From Atribacterota bacterium (lineage in GTDB: Bacteria; Atribacterota; Phoenicimicrobiia; Phoenicimicrobiales; Stramentimicrobiaceae), in assembly GCA_040767965.1 (NCBI GenBank), contig JAXGNR010000004.1, positions 128,001-192,000 on the forward strand: a stretch of DNA of 64,000 nucleotides, in the 5' to 3' direction. The stretch's first letter is position 1. Every line of letters starts with the position of its first letter. Under the pieces are notes generated by a model. The model was not told the origin of the DNA. It saw only the letters and a list, made by a program, of their open reading frames with translations, and ran no database searches. Made by a program: the position numbers and the translations under genes. Shown here in pieces: positions 42,911 to 52,626 of the stretch.

Positions 42911-43633
42911 TTGAGTAAAATCTGGACAGATAAACTTGTAAAAATCTACAATAAAAGAAAAGTAGTCAATGAAGTTAATCTTGAAATAAACAAAGGAGAA
43001 GTAGTAGGATTGCTTGGATCTAATGGTGCAGGCAAAACTACTACTTTTTATATAATTGTTGGCTTGATACGACCTGATAAAGGGCATGTTTTTTTTCAAG
43101 GCAAGGACATTACTCATACCCCTATGTATCAACGTTCCCGAATGGGTTTAGGATATCTTGCACAGGAACCTTCTATCTTTCGAAAATTAACCGTTCAAGA
43201 AAACATCCTTCTGATCTTAGAGGCACTAGGGGTTGATAGAATAGAAAGAGAAAAAAGATGCAAAGGTATGTTGCAGGAATTAGAGATCAGCCATTTGGCA
43301 GAATATAGAGGTTATATGTTGTCAGGTGGAGAGCGTAGAAGGGTTGAAATTGCCCGAACTCTTGCCAGCTCACCTTCTTTTATTTTATTGGACGAACCAT
43401 TTACCGGGGTTGATCCAATTGCTGTTTATGATATTCAAGAGGTAATTGGATATCTTAAAAATAAAGGTTTAGGGATTTTGATTACTGACCATAATGTCAG
43501 GGAAACAATGAAAATTACCGATAGAACCTATATTATGCATGATGGCAAAATTTTAGTCTCAGGCCATCCCACAGAAGTAGCCAGTTCTGAAGTCAGTCGT
43601 AAATATTATCTTGGAGAAAGATTTACATTATAA
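42911..43633 (+). CDS. lptB: LPS export ABC ATPase
   Basis: GSNGAGKTT, YLAQEPSIFRKL, LSGGERRRVEIAR, ITDHNVRE, YLGERF. Confidence 0.95.
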   Translation: MSKIWTDKLVKIYNKRKVVNEVNLEINKGEVVGLLGSNGAGKTTTFYIIVGLIRPDKGHVFFQGKDITHTPMYQRSRMGLGYLAQEPSIFRKLTVQENILLILEALGVDRIEREKRCKGMLQELEISHLAEYRGYMLSGGERRRVEIARTLASSPSFILLDEPFTGVDPIAVYDIQEVIGYLKNKGLGILITDHNVRETMKITDRTYIMHDGKILVSGHPTEVASSEVSRKYYLGERFTL

Positions 43634-43878
43634 GATAAATAAAAAAAGATTGCCAGTAATATTTATTTCAAGTAAATATTTATTGATTATAAATCACAAT
43701 TGTATTTATATATATTTATAAATTAAAAAAAATAAATACTACAATTTTACAATTATATTTTATACTTATAAGTTGAATTGTTTGATTATGTAATAAACAT
43801 TAAATCTTTTATCATTAAAATTAGTATTAAAATAAGAAGAAAGAGTTCAGGTTAATTATTGAACTTAAGAGATGAGTT

Positions 43879-45009
43879 ATGTATAGTATTATTCTGATTG
43901 TTACCTTAATATTAGTAAGCGGAATTATAGCTTATATAGGCGACCTAACCGGTTTTCGGATCGGGAAAAAGAAAATTAGTATATTTGGTTTACGTCCGCA
44001 CCGAACCGCAGTCTTCATTACAATTATTACTGGAATAGTAATTTCAATTCTGACTATTTCTATCTTGTCAATCCTGTCTAATGATGTTCGAACAGCTCTA
44101 TTCGGCTTAGACGAGTTGCGTGAAAGACAATATGAATTAACAAGAGAGATTCAAGCACGTAATAATGTATTATTGAAAACACAGGAAGAATTAACCGCAA
44201 CAACCGAAGATCTTGAAATGCTGGAAGAAGAATATGAAATTATGAGCAGACAGATTGATTTACAAACACAGCAATTGGAATCATTGATTGAGATAAGAGA
44301 GAAATTAACCCAGGAAAGGGATGGATTACAGGAAGAAATTGTTGAACTGGAAAGAATGATAGGGGCATTATATTCAGGTATAAACTGGCTCAGAAGCGGG
44401 GATATAATCCTAGATCAGGGAGAGGAAATTACAAAAACTATTATCCAGGGTGGTATCCTGAAAGAGGAAATTGAAAAAGAACTATTATATATTCTAAATC
44501 AAGCCACTATTAAGGTCCTGGAAATGGGTGCCGAACCAGATGAGAATAGTGGACAGGTTTTAATTGTTTCCCAAAAAGAGTTTGAAGATTTAGTCCAGAA
44601 AATTTATGAAAGTCAGGGAGAAATCATTGTTCGTTTGCTTGCTTCAATAAACGTCATAAGAGGAGAGGTTGTTCTTACAAACTTTGCTACTCTGGAAAAT
44701 AAATTAATATTCAGAGAAAATGAAGTAGTCTTTACAGAGGAAGTTCCCATTACTGACAATCCTTCTGAAGCTGAAGATATCATTTTTTCAATCTTGCGAA
44801 AAGTAAACCTGAAGGCAGTTCAAGAAGGTATTATGCCTGAAACAAGCACCAGCCTGGTTGGGACTATTACTGCAGTAAACCTTTTTGAAATGGTTAGAAA
44901 TATTGTGCAGGCGGAAAACACACTATTAATTAAGGTTATTGCTATTAATGATACATGGACCACAGGACCTTTCAGAGTTAGAATGGAAGCAGAAAAGGTA
45001 TTGCATTAA
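43879..45009 (+). CDS. DUF3084 family membrane-anchored coiled-coil protein
   Basis: IAYIGD..G.RIGKKKISIFGLRPHRTA motif. Confidence 0.85.
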   Translation: MYSIILIVTLILVSGIIAYIGDLTGFRIGKKKISIFGLRPHRTAVFITIITGIVISILTISILSILSNDVRTALFGLDELRERQYELTREIQARNNVLLKTQEELTATTEDLEMLEEEYEIMSRQIDLQTQQLESLIEIREKLTQERDGLQEEIVELERMIGALYSGINWLRSGDIILDQGEEITKTIIQGGILKEEIEKELLYILNQATIKVLEMGAEPDENSGQVLIVSQKEFEDLVQKIYESQGEIIVRLLASINVIRGEVVLTNFATLENKLIFRENEVVFTEEVPITDNPSEAEDIIFSILRKVNLKAVQEGIMPETSTSLVGTITAVNLFEMVRNIVQAENTLLIKVIAINDTWTTGPFRVRMEAEKVLH

Positions 45010-45205
45010 AAATCATTAAATGAAATTCAATTCAATTTAAATATATATAATATTTAGACATTGAGATTGAATATGATAGAAAAACTATCTTTAAAAATTA
45101 AGAATAAAACCAGAATTAACAAAATGTTGAAAATCTGAACTGGAATATAAATTTAATAATAAATTATATAAAAACAGTTTTCCACACATTAATAGATAAA
45201 AATGC

Positions 45206-45235
45206 TTGACATTACTTAATTTTAGACTTTATAAT
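45206..45235 (+). promoter_or_regulatory. Consensus promoter for the ompM-like gene
   Basis: TTGACA, 18 bp spacer, TATAAT. Confidence 0.7.
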
Positions 45236-45513
45236 AATAAACAAATGTTCTTTGGTAATTTATTGCTGAAAAATATTTATTAATTAGAATAAAAAAGTTT
45301 TGTATCAATTTTCTGATTGAACAATTAAAGCGGGAAGAAAGGAGGCGAAAAAAGAATTGGTGCCTGCTTTATTTGTAAGAAAAAAGATACAAAAATCCAC
45401 TTAATTCTTTTTAGCACAAGTCGAAGAAATTGAGGGAACGAAGGATACTCAATTAAAATGGCTTTGTTTAAGGGAGTTAAGCTGGAAATATAAAAAATAC
45501 CAAGGAGTTAAAT

Positions 45514-47205
45514 ATGAAAAAACTAGTATTAGTATTAGTAGTCGTATTTGCTTTAGCTATCCCTGCTTTAGCAAATCCATTTGTTGACGTACCTTTAAAT
45601 CATTGGGCTTATGATGCAGTTCAAAGTCTGGCTGCAAAAGGTGTTATTGTTGGATATCCTGACGGAACCTTTGGCGGTCAAAGAACCTTAACCAGATATG
45701 AACTAGCAGAAGCATTAGCAAAAGCATTAGCTTATGTTGAGCAGTATGGTGGATTACAGGAAGATATAGAAATCCTCTCCAAACTGTCCGTAGAATTTGC
45801 TGATGAACTTGCTACCTTAGGCGTAAAAGTATCTGACCTTGAAGCTGCTCTTGGCGAACATAGCGAAGCTATCGATGCTATGAAAGCATTAGTAGACAAG
45901 CATGAGAAATTTTTTGAACCAGTTAAAATAACCGGAACCTGGAAAGCTGACTATAGCAAAGATGTCTTTGATATGTCTGGTGATCCTCTTGCCCCAGCAA
46001 CTTTAACTGATAGAGTAGATTTAAAATTTGCTGCTGAAATTAATCCGGAAACCACAGCCTCAGTACAATTAAGAATTGATAACGTTCTTAATGGTCCTGT
46101 AACAATTACCCCAAGAAAATACGACTTAAAATACGCAGGCGATTGGAATTTATGGGTTTCTAGCGATATTACCCCAGCCAGCATCGGATTAGGCCTACTT
46201 TATGACTTTGATGAACTGGAAGAATTTCCAGGCGTATGGGCACAGTGGGAATGGGATACCGATGAAGACTTAGGAACATGGACTGCATTTATGGACGTTG
46301 AAGATTTCTATTACTTGAATGTTGCCTTTGATCTGGGTGATGATGATGACATTCCAGTTGGTATTACAGCTGGTTATGACAACTTAACCGGTTTGGTCTT
46401 CGGTGGTGCAGATCTTTCCTTTGATTTAACAGATGAAGATGATGATGACCAAGTAGCTTTAGCTTTAGAAGGTGCAGTAGCTAGTGATCTGGCTGCAATA
46501 TCTTTCGGAGCAGCTGCTAAATTATCTGCAACTTTAGGTGAAGATGATGATATAGACTTGAAGGTAACCGGTTGGTACACTCAACCTGGATTTGACCTGA
46601 CCAATAGCAATTATAATCCTGATGAAATCGGTGTAACAGTTGCTCTCGGATTTATGCTGACAGACGATGAAGACGATTTACAGATCAAAGTTACCCCAAA
46701 ATGGGATTACAGAATGGATGCCGCTTTTGCTAACTTAAAGAGAAACAGAGTTGGCTTACAGTTAGACTTCAGCAATATCGATGAAGATAATGCTGATGAA
46801 GAAGCATACATTTTTGCTCAATACAGACTGGAAAGCGGAGACATTTACTTAGAAGGTCAATATCTGAACCTAGACTTTGGTGATGATAATGAATTTGTTG
46901 TTAATGCATACGGAGATTATTTAATCTCTGCAACCCCAGACTTCACTGCAATGGCTAACATGATTTACACCTTCCCAGATGATCCAATGCAGTTAATTGT
47001 TGAAGGTCGTTTGGATGCTGATGGTGCTGCCCTTTACAGTGCAGAAGCCCAGTTAAAATACGACGTAGCTGACAATACTACTTTAAAGGTCGGAGTTGAA
47101 ATGAATGATTGGGATGCTGACATTAATGACTGGTCAGATGATGACGAATGGGTCATTCTTAGCGACACAACCAAGGTTTATGCTGGTGTTGAAGTGAAAT
47201 TCTAA
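45514..47205 (+). CDS. SLH-domain beta-barrel outer membrane protein (OmpM/Omp-alpha type tether-porin)
   Basis: Signal peptide, SLH NPFVDVPLNHWAYDAV...GYPDGTF...TRYE, coiled stalk, beta strands, terminal VEVKF. Confidence 0.9.
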   Translation: MKKLVLVLVVVFALAIPALANPFVDVPLNHWAYDAVQSLAAKGVIVGYPDGTFGGQRTLTRYELAEALAKALAYVEQYGGLQEDIEILSKLSVEFADELATLGVKVSDLEAALGEHSEAIDAMKALVDKHEKFFEPVKITGTWKADYSKDVFDMSGDPLAPATLTDRVDLKFAAEINPETTASVQLRIDNVLNGPVTITPRKYDLKYAGDWNLWVSSDITPASIGLGLLYDFDELEEFPGVWAQWEWDTDEDLGTWTAFMDVEDFYYLNVAFDLGDDDDIPVGITAGYDNLTGLVFGGADLSFDLTDEDDDDQVALALEGAVASDLAAISFGAAAKLSATLGEDDDIDLKVTGWYTQPGFDLTNSNYNPDEIGVTVALGFMLTDDEDDLQIKVTPKWDYRMDAAFANLKRNRVGLQLDFSNIDEDNADEEAYIFAQYRLESGDIYLEGQYLNLDFGDDNEFVVNAYGDYLISATPDFTAMANMIYTFPDDPMQLIVEGRLDADGAALYSAEAQLKYDVADNTTLKVGVEMNDWDADINDWSDDDEWVILSDTTKVYAGVEVKF

Positions 47206-47233
47206 TTATCAACAAGCATAATTCTTATTAGCT

Positions 47234-47270
47234 AAAAAAGCCCCTGGAAATTCCAGGGGCTTTTTTCTTT
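47234..47270 (+). terminator. Intrinsic terminator after ompM
   Basis: AAAAAAGCCCCTGGAA-A-TTCCAGGGGCTTTTTT. Confidence 0.92.
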
Positions 47271-47439
47271 TTGGCAGTTTTTGAAAAAGGAACAAGATAA
47301 ATATTAATATTTTTAGTTTTACCCTGTTAATGGATGAAAAAGAGTGTAAATAAATTAGCAATTATATTATAATGTAAAGTAATAGAGTGGTTTATTAAAT
47401 TAATATACTAACATCTAAATACAAAAAAGAGGTGAAAAA

Positions 47440-48372
47440 ATGTTTTATAAAAAGGAATTATCAATATTTTTTATATTTATTTTTACTTTATCAATATTCC
47501 TACCACAATTTGCTTTTGCTCAGACAACTTCTGAAATTACAATTATTTCAGATCTCTCTCAGATTGAAATGCAGGTGTTTGGAGAAGTAAAGACAGAATC
47601 AATATTAAGCAGGGTGGAATATTTAGAAAAAGAAATGGTTGGCAGAACATTGCCAGGAATTATCAAGGATAGAGTAAAGCAGCTAAAAGACTTTATATTG
47701 ACTGGCACTCCTGAAGAGCCATCTTTGGCTTTTAAGATTAATTCAGTCCAATTGAGTTTAATGGACAGTGTTACAGAAGATCCTCTTTTGGCTAAAATAG
47801 AAGAGCTGGAAATAAATATTTTTGGTGAGGTATCTGATGATGTGCTGGCAATGCGGGCAGAGAAAATATTTAATGTTATTTTTGAAGATGGAAGACCATC
47901 TACAACAGAATTGACAATTCCGGCAGGGACTTTAGTCCCGGTTGTTTTGATGGATGATATTGGATCTAAAAAAAGTGATGATGGTGATATTTTTGAATAT
48001 CAAATAGCTGAAGATGTTATTTATTCGGGTATAAATTTAATACCAAAAGGCACCACAGGAAAAGGCGAAGTTCTCAAAGCAAGAAAAGCCTCAGTATTTT
48101 TGAGAAAAGGCAAACTAGAATTAGATTTTAGGTTCATTGAAGCAATAGACAACACTCCTTTACGTTTGGTCATGGGTGAAAAAGCAGAAGCAGAAAATTC
48201 AAGAATAGGTTTAGCTTTTGGGGCTAGTATTGCTGGCTTAATTATCCTTAGCAATCCCATTGGACTGGTAGCTGGTGCTTTAATTCCTGGAAAGAACATC
48301 ACTTTAGAAGAAGGAACAAAAATCTTTTTGGAAGTTGCCGGAGATACAAAAATATCCACTCTAGCCTATTAA
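47440..48372 (+). CDS. Exported hypothetical protein (helical repeats plus beta domain with hydrophobic hairpin)
   Basis: Signal peptide ending AFA; IPAGTLVPV, IPKGT, GKLELDF motifs. Confidence 0.6.
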   Translation: MFYKKELSIFFIFIFTLSIFLPQFAFAQTTSEITIISDLSQIEMQVFGEVKTESILSRVEYLEKEMVGRTLPGIIKDRVKQLKDFILTGTPEEPSLAFKINSVQLSLMDSVTEDPLLAKIEELEINIFGEVSDDVLAMRAEKIFNVIFEDGRPSTTELTIPAGTLVPVVLMDDIGSKKSDDGDIFEYQIAEDVIYSGINLIPKGTTGKGEVLKARKASVFLRKGKLELDFRFIEAIDNTPLRLVMGEKAEAENSRIGLAFGASIAGLIILSNPIGLVAGALIPGKNITLEEGTKIFLEVAGDTKISTLAY

Positions 48373-48374
48373 CT

Positions 48375-48401
48375 TTGTCACGGGGACGGTTCTTTTGACA
48401 A
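48375..48401 (+). repeat. Solo copy of the RAYT-flanking REP-like repeat
   Basis: TTGTCACGGGGACGGTTCTTTTGACAA, identical to 56245-56271. Confidence 0.9.
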
Positions 48402-48546
48402 TATTATTTAGTTATTTATAGTTATACAGTATCTGTTTAAGAAAAAAGATTATAAAATTATTAACACAATTATCTATCACTAATTGTTAATTAAGTAAGA
48501 ATAAATATTAACAAGATATAGGTCTATAGCTTATAGATAGCAGAGC

Positions 48547-48590
48547 AAACAAAAAAGAGCAGAATGTTTTCATTCTGCTCTTTTTTGTTT
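48547..48590. terminator. Bidirectional terminator
   Basis: 20-bp stem AAACAAAAAAGAGCAGAATG, TTTT loop. Confidence 0.85.
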
Positions 48591-48669
48591 TTAACTATAA
48601 CTTATAGAATTTTATTTATTATTTTACTATTTCAATAAAAATATATTTATATTTCTAAAACATCTACAT

Positions 48670-49233
48670 TTAGGGGTACAAGTACACATAATTTGAGCCT
48701 GAAGAAATATTTTTTGTCTCACTGTCATAACCCAAAGAGGCACCTAATACATCAATTGCCTCAAAAAAATGACTACCAGTGGAAACATTTGCAATTGTAT
48801 AAGTACCATCTGTTACATTGGTGAATTCTGTAAATCCATCCATTTTAATATCATACTCATAAGAGCCGCTTACAACAACATAAACTGTTCCAGTGACAGT
48901 AGTGGGAACAGGATCTAAATATACATTGTTAGTCCCGGTGTTGATATAAACTCTTGTACTGTCATAACCATAAGATTCTCCATCTATATCAATTGCTTCA
49001 ATGGTCCGATATCCGGTTGGGATATCCGGTATTGTATAAGTGCCTGGTGCTTTATTGGAAAGCTTGGTTACTCCATCAATTTTTATATCATAATAATAAC
49101 TGCCGGTTATAGTAACTCTTACAGTACCTGTGTTTCCAGGTACTACAATATCAACACAACCTGTTAGAGCAATTGTTAACAAGAAAAAAGTTAGAATTAC
49201 CAGGGTTGTTTTAAGAAAATATTTTTTAATCAT
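48670..49233 (-). CDS. Lipoprotein with two tandem PEGA-like beta-sandwich repeats
   Basis: Lipobox LTGC; two about 75-aa repeats (TGTV...YDIK.DG...GTYTI...EAID...GYDS...N.VYL.P). Confidence 0.75.
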   Translation of the reverse strand: MIKKYFLKTTLVILTFFLLTIALTGCVDIVVPGNTGTVRVTITGSYYYDIKIDGVTKLSNKAPGTYTIPDIPTGYRTIEAIDIDGESYGYDSTRVYINTGTNNVYLDPVPTTVTGTVYVVVSGSYEYDIKMDGFTEFTNVTDGTYTIANVSTGSHFFEAIDVLGASLGYDSETKNISSGSNYVYLYP

Positions 49234-49392
49234 TTATTTACTCCCTTCTTTTTTAATTAAATCATAGTATCTATTGTAATTATAAAGTAAATAAGAAAAA
49301 TCTACAAATAGAATAAAGAAATTAAACAACACCTCTTACATAGACACCCTTAAGAATTGGATTATCAACAATTAAAAATTCAGCCTTCATTT

Positions 49393-51147
49393 TTAATATT
49401 CAAAAATAGTAAAACTGGAGTTCAAAGGAAATATTTGTACATTTTGATTTACCCTCATTGCAGCTACCCACTGAGCAATATAGTTATAGGCTTCATTTAA
49501 ATTTATTTTATTATCTGCATTTGTATCTGCTGGGAAATTATTTTTTAATCCACAACCTTCATACAATGCTTGTGTAAAAACTCCAAAAGGTTCAACATTT
49601 GGCGGGTACAATTCATAACTTGACTGATACCAGTGACTGGATGTAAGGACCTGATATTCACTGGAAGTAAGCAAGTCTTTAGTTATTATTTTGTCAGAAA
49701 ATGAATTAATAATTGATTCATTAAAATTGGATAAAAAGTCTTCTTCTGAAATAAGGTTAATATTGGTTTCATTACTAGAAATATCTTTCCCGATAAAACC
49801 TCCGGAATGACAGGAATCAATAAGCACAACTTTTGTTCCCGGAATAGCACTAAGAGCAGACTCTAATTCATCTACGCTAATCCCGGTAGAGATGTTACCA
49901 TTAAAATCAGCGGGGCATAAGTAAGAAGTTTGATTTAGTGAAGCTCCATGGCCGCTGAAATAAAAATAAGAAACATCATCATTGGTAGCATCGGAAAAGG
50001 TGGTTTGAATTCTCTGAAGGATGTTGCTCTTGGTTGCCTGGGTATTTTTCAATTCACTGATTTTGGAAAAACCAGTATTGTTAAGTCCAAATTGACAATC
50101 ATTAAATATTTCTTTCATTTTATTAACATCATATGGCGGTGCAATAAGGTCACCTTCTTCTCCATAGTAAATATAATCCCCGATTCCAATTGCTAAAGCT
50201 CTATATACTGATTTTGCTGAAATTGGAGCATCTGTTACCGTAACTGAGATAGTATCATTTTTTACTATCCCATTATCTTCAAGTGTAATTGTAATTATCG
50301 AATTTCCCACAGAAATCCCGGTAATTAAACCAGAATTATTTATGGAAACATTAGAATTATTTGTATTGAAGTTGCAAAGTTCAGGATTTATATTAATTTC
50401 ATTTCCACTATCATAATATGCAGTAATAGAAGAAATATTTTGTGATTCTCCAACCGCTAATGACATTACAGAAGGCGTTACGGAAATTCCGGTTAAACTT
50501 CCCAGCTCTACAGGTGTCCCATAGACATTCACTAAAATACTGTCACTTTTTGTAATATTATTTTCTGTATAAATTGCCCAAATTGTTGTTTCTCCTTCAT
50601 TAATGCCAGTAATTATACCTGCTGGAGAGACATTAGCAACCTCCTTATTTATGCTTAAAAGAGTGCATTCAGGATATGAAAGATCTCTGTTTGTTCCATC
50701 AGAATAAAAAGCTTTAATAGAAATTATATTGAAAATTTGGCCAGAGAATAAATTAATTGATTCAGGGTTAATTTTTATTGATGTAAGGTAACTAGATATT
50801 GGCGGATAACTATTAGGAGTGAGTTCTACATCAAGCATATTTAGTTGATCAGGAAGTATTTGGATAATATTATTACTGCTTAAATAGCCATTTAGCTTTA
50901 AGGTTATTAAGCTACCACCAACAATATTTTCTAATGTATATGGAGTTACAAAGCCAGTATATGTACCATCAAGATATATTGAAGCACCAACTGGATTAGA
51001 AGTAATTTGAAGATTACCATAAGAATAGTCAGGGTTAGTAGGTAATACACTGCATCCCATTAATATACTAAACAATAAAATTGTAACAATTAAATAGAAT
51101 ATTAGTACTATTTTATCTTTTGAATGATAATTAATTAACATTGCCAT
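49393..51147 (-). CDS. Lipoprotein: PEGA + two Ig-like (Big_2) + caspase-like peptidase C14 domain
   Basis: LMGC lipobox; ITSNPVGASIYLDG PEGA; ALAIGIGDY, YFSGHG, LIDSCHSG. Confidence 0.88.
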   Translation of the reverse strand: MAMLINYHSKDKIVLIFYLIVTILLFSILMGCSVLPTNPDYSYGNLQITSNPVGASIYLDGTYTGFVTPYTLENIVGGSLITLKLNGYLSSNNIIQILPDQLNMLDVELTPNSYPPISSYLTSIKINPESINLFSGQIFNIISIKAFYSDGTNRDLSYPECTLLSINKEVANVSPAGIITGINEGETTIWAIYTENNITKSDSILVNVYGTPVELGSLTGISVTPSVMSLAVGESQNISSITAYYDSGNEININPELCNFNTNNSNVSINNSGLITGISVGNSIITITLEDNGIVKNDTISVTVTDAPISAKSVYRALAIGIGDYIYYGEEGDLIAPPYDVNKMKEIFNDCQFGLNNTGFSKISELKNTQATKSNILQRIQTTFSDATNDDVSYFYFSGHGASLNQTSYLCPADFNGNISTGISVDELESALSAIPGTKVVLIDSCHSGGFIGKDISSNETNINLISEEDFLSNFNESIINSFSDKIITKDLLTSSEYQVLTSSHWYQSSYELYPPNVEPFGVFTQALYEGCGLKNNFPADTNADNKINLNEAYNYIAQWVAAMRVNQNVQIFPLNSSFTIFEY

Positions 51148-51229
51148 TAGGAACCTTTCTTAAACATAAACTTTAATTAGATTTCTCAATATAACTAATA
51201 TAATACATTTTTTATACAATCTACAGGAT

Positions 51230-51290
51230 TTAATATAAAAAAGAAGAGTTTTCACTTCTATAATTGATAAACTCTTCTTTTTTATATTAA
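51230..51290. terminator. Long inverted repeat, probable terminator of the 51379-51714 gene
   Basis: TTAATATAAAAAAGAAGAGTTT...AAACTCTTCTTTTTTATATTAA. Confidence 0.65.
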
Positions 51291-51378
51291 GTAAATCGGC
51301 ATAATCTTTTATTAATATTGAGAATAATTATAAAATACAAAAATAATATAAATATATTTATATTATTTTATAAAAATC

Positions 51379-51714
51379 TTACCAAAACCAAGTAAAGTTA
51401 AGGATGTTATTACCTGGATTCAAACTAACATATTCAATATGGCTATGATTTCCAAATTCATCTACAATTTGAACGCTAGCAACAGTTCCGGGAGTAAGTC
51501 CTGTTACTGTGACAGAACCGTTGTAATCGATATATTTACCTGTAGAGAATCCATTTACCCAAATATAGCCCCAACAATCAAAACAAGAAGAATACACCGT
51601 TAATGTGGCAGTAGGTGTTGGGGTAGGTGTTGGGGTAGGAACTGAGGCTGCACACCCTGTTAGTAGAACTAAAATACTTAAAATTGCGATAATAAAAACA
51701 ATATTTTTTTTCAT
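51379..51714 (-). CDS. Small lipoprotein with PT linker and PEGA-like domain
   Basis: LTGC lipobox, (PT)n linker, CFDC motif. Confidence 0.75.
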   Translation of the reverse strand: MKKNIVFIIAILSILVLLTGCAASVPTPTPTPTPTATLTVYSSCFDCWGYIWVNGFSTGKYIDYNGSVTVTGLTPGTVASVQIVDEFGNHSHIEYVSLNPGNNILNFTWFW

Positions 51715-51972
51715 ATAATAAATACCTCTTTCTTTATTTAAGATAAATCTAGACAGATCTATTTTGAGAAATAAGCAAACTAAGATAAATTTTTTAAAAA
51801 TACATTCCTAATAAAGAGTTTTATAATTGTTTAAAATTAACCAACTTATTTTAAACAAATGATAAGCGTATAATTATTTTCAGGCAACCCTCCTCTCATA
51901 AATGGATTAAAAGAATTTGCAAGATAAAAATTTAATTATAAATGAACATAAATATAATAGAAAATTGATTGC

Positions 51973-52293
51973 TTAATAGGTAGAAATGTTAACTCTATTA
52001 TAACCACTAGTTATGGTTTGCCATTTATCCCCATAACGATTTAAAAATGAAGTATCTTGTGCTTCAAAGTGATGATAACCTGCACTTACATTATGAAGAA
52101 TTAATTTGCCGGTGTTGTCAGTTGTGCCTTGAAATGAACCATCGACATAAATATCATATTTCCAATTATCGTTTGTTATATTGATCTCTACAATCGGATT
52201 ACCTACGTAAATAACACAACCATTGAGGAAGATGACTAAAACAAGAGTGAGCAATACTGCAGAAAAAACTTTCAATAAAAGATTCTTTTTCAT
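51973..52293 (-). CDS. Small lipoprotein with one PEGA-like domain
   Basis: LNGC lipobox; YDIYVDG...VSAGYHHFEAQD resembles the 48670-49233 repeats. Confidence 0.75.
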   Translation of the reverse strand: MKKNLLLKVFSAVLLTLVLVIFLNGCVIYVGNPIVEINITNDNWKYDIYVDGSFQGTTDNTGKLILHNVSAGYHHFEAQDTSFLNRYGDKWQTITSGYNRVNISTY

Positions 52294-52626
52294 TTTTTCT
52301 ACTCCATTAATATTTATAAAAATATTAGAAAATGAAAATTTTGTTTAATTAATTATATTTTATTAAATAAAAATATACAATAAAAATATATAAAAAAAGT
52401 TAATTATCAGAAGGATTTTTAACATTTATTAGACATCCGAAGATTGATTTGGTTTTTATTAAAAAATGACAGGATTGGAAAAATATTTTATTATGCTTGT
52501 ATTTTAGATAAACCTATAAAAATAAACTAAATAATGGTAAAATACAAATATTGCAAAACAAAATTGGCAAAATATTATAAACGTTTAATGAATATTGTTA
52601 AATTTACAAGGAAAATAGGATGATTT

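Noticed and set aside
51511-51522. GACAGAACCGTT partial match to the REP core
   Set aside because: Short, inside a coding sequence and without the hairpin; chance match.
51611-51640. 12-bp tandem repeat GTAGGTGTTGGG
   Set aside because: Encodes the (PT)n linker of a lipoprotein.
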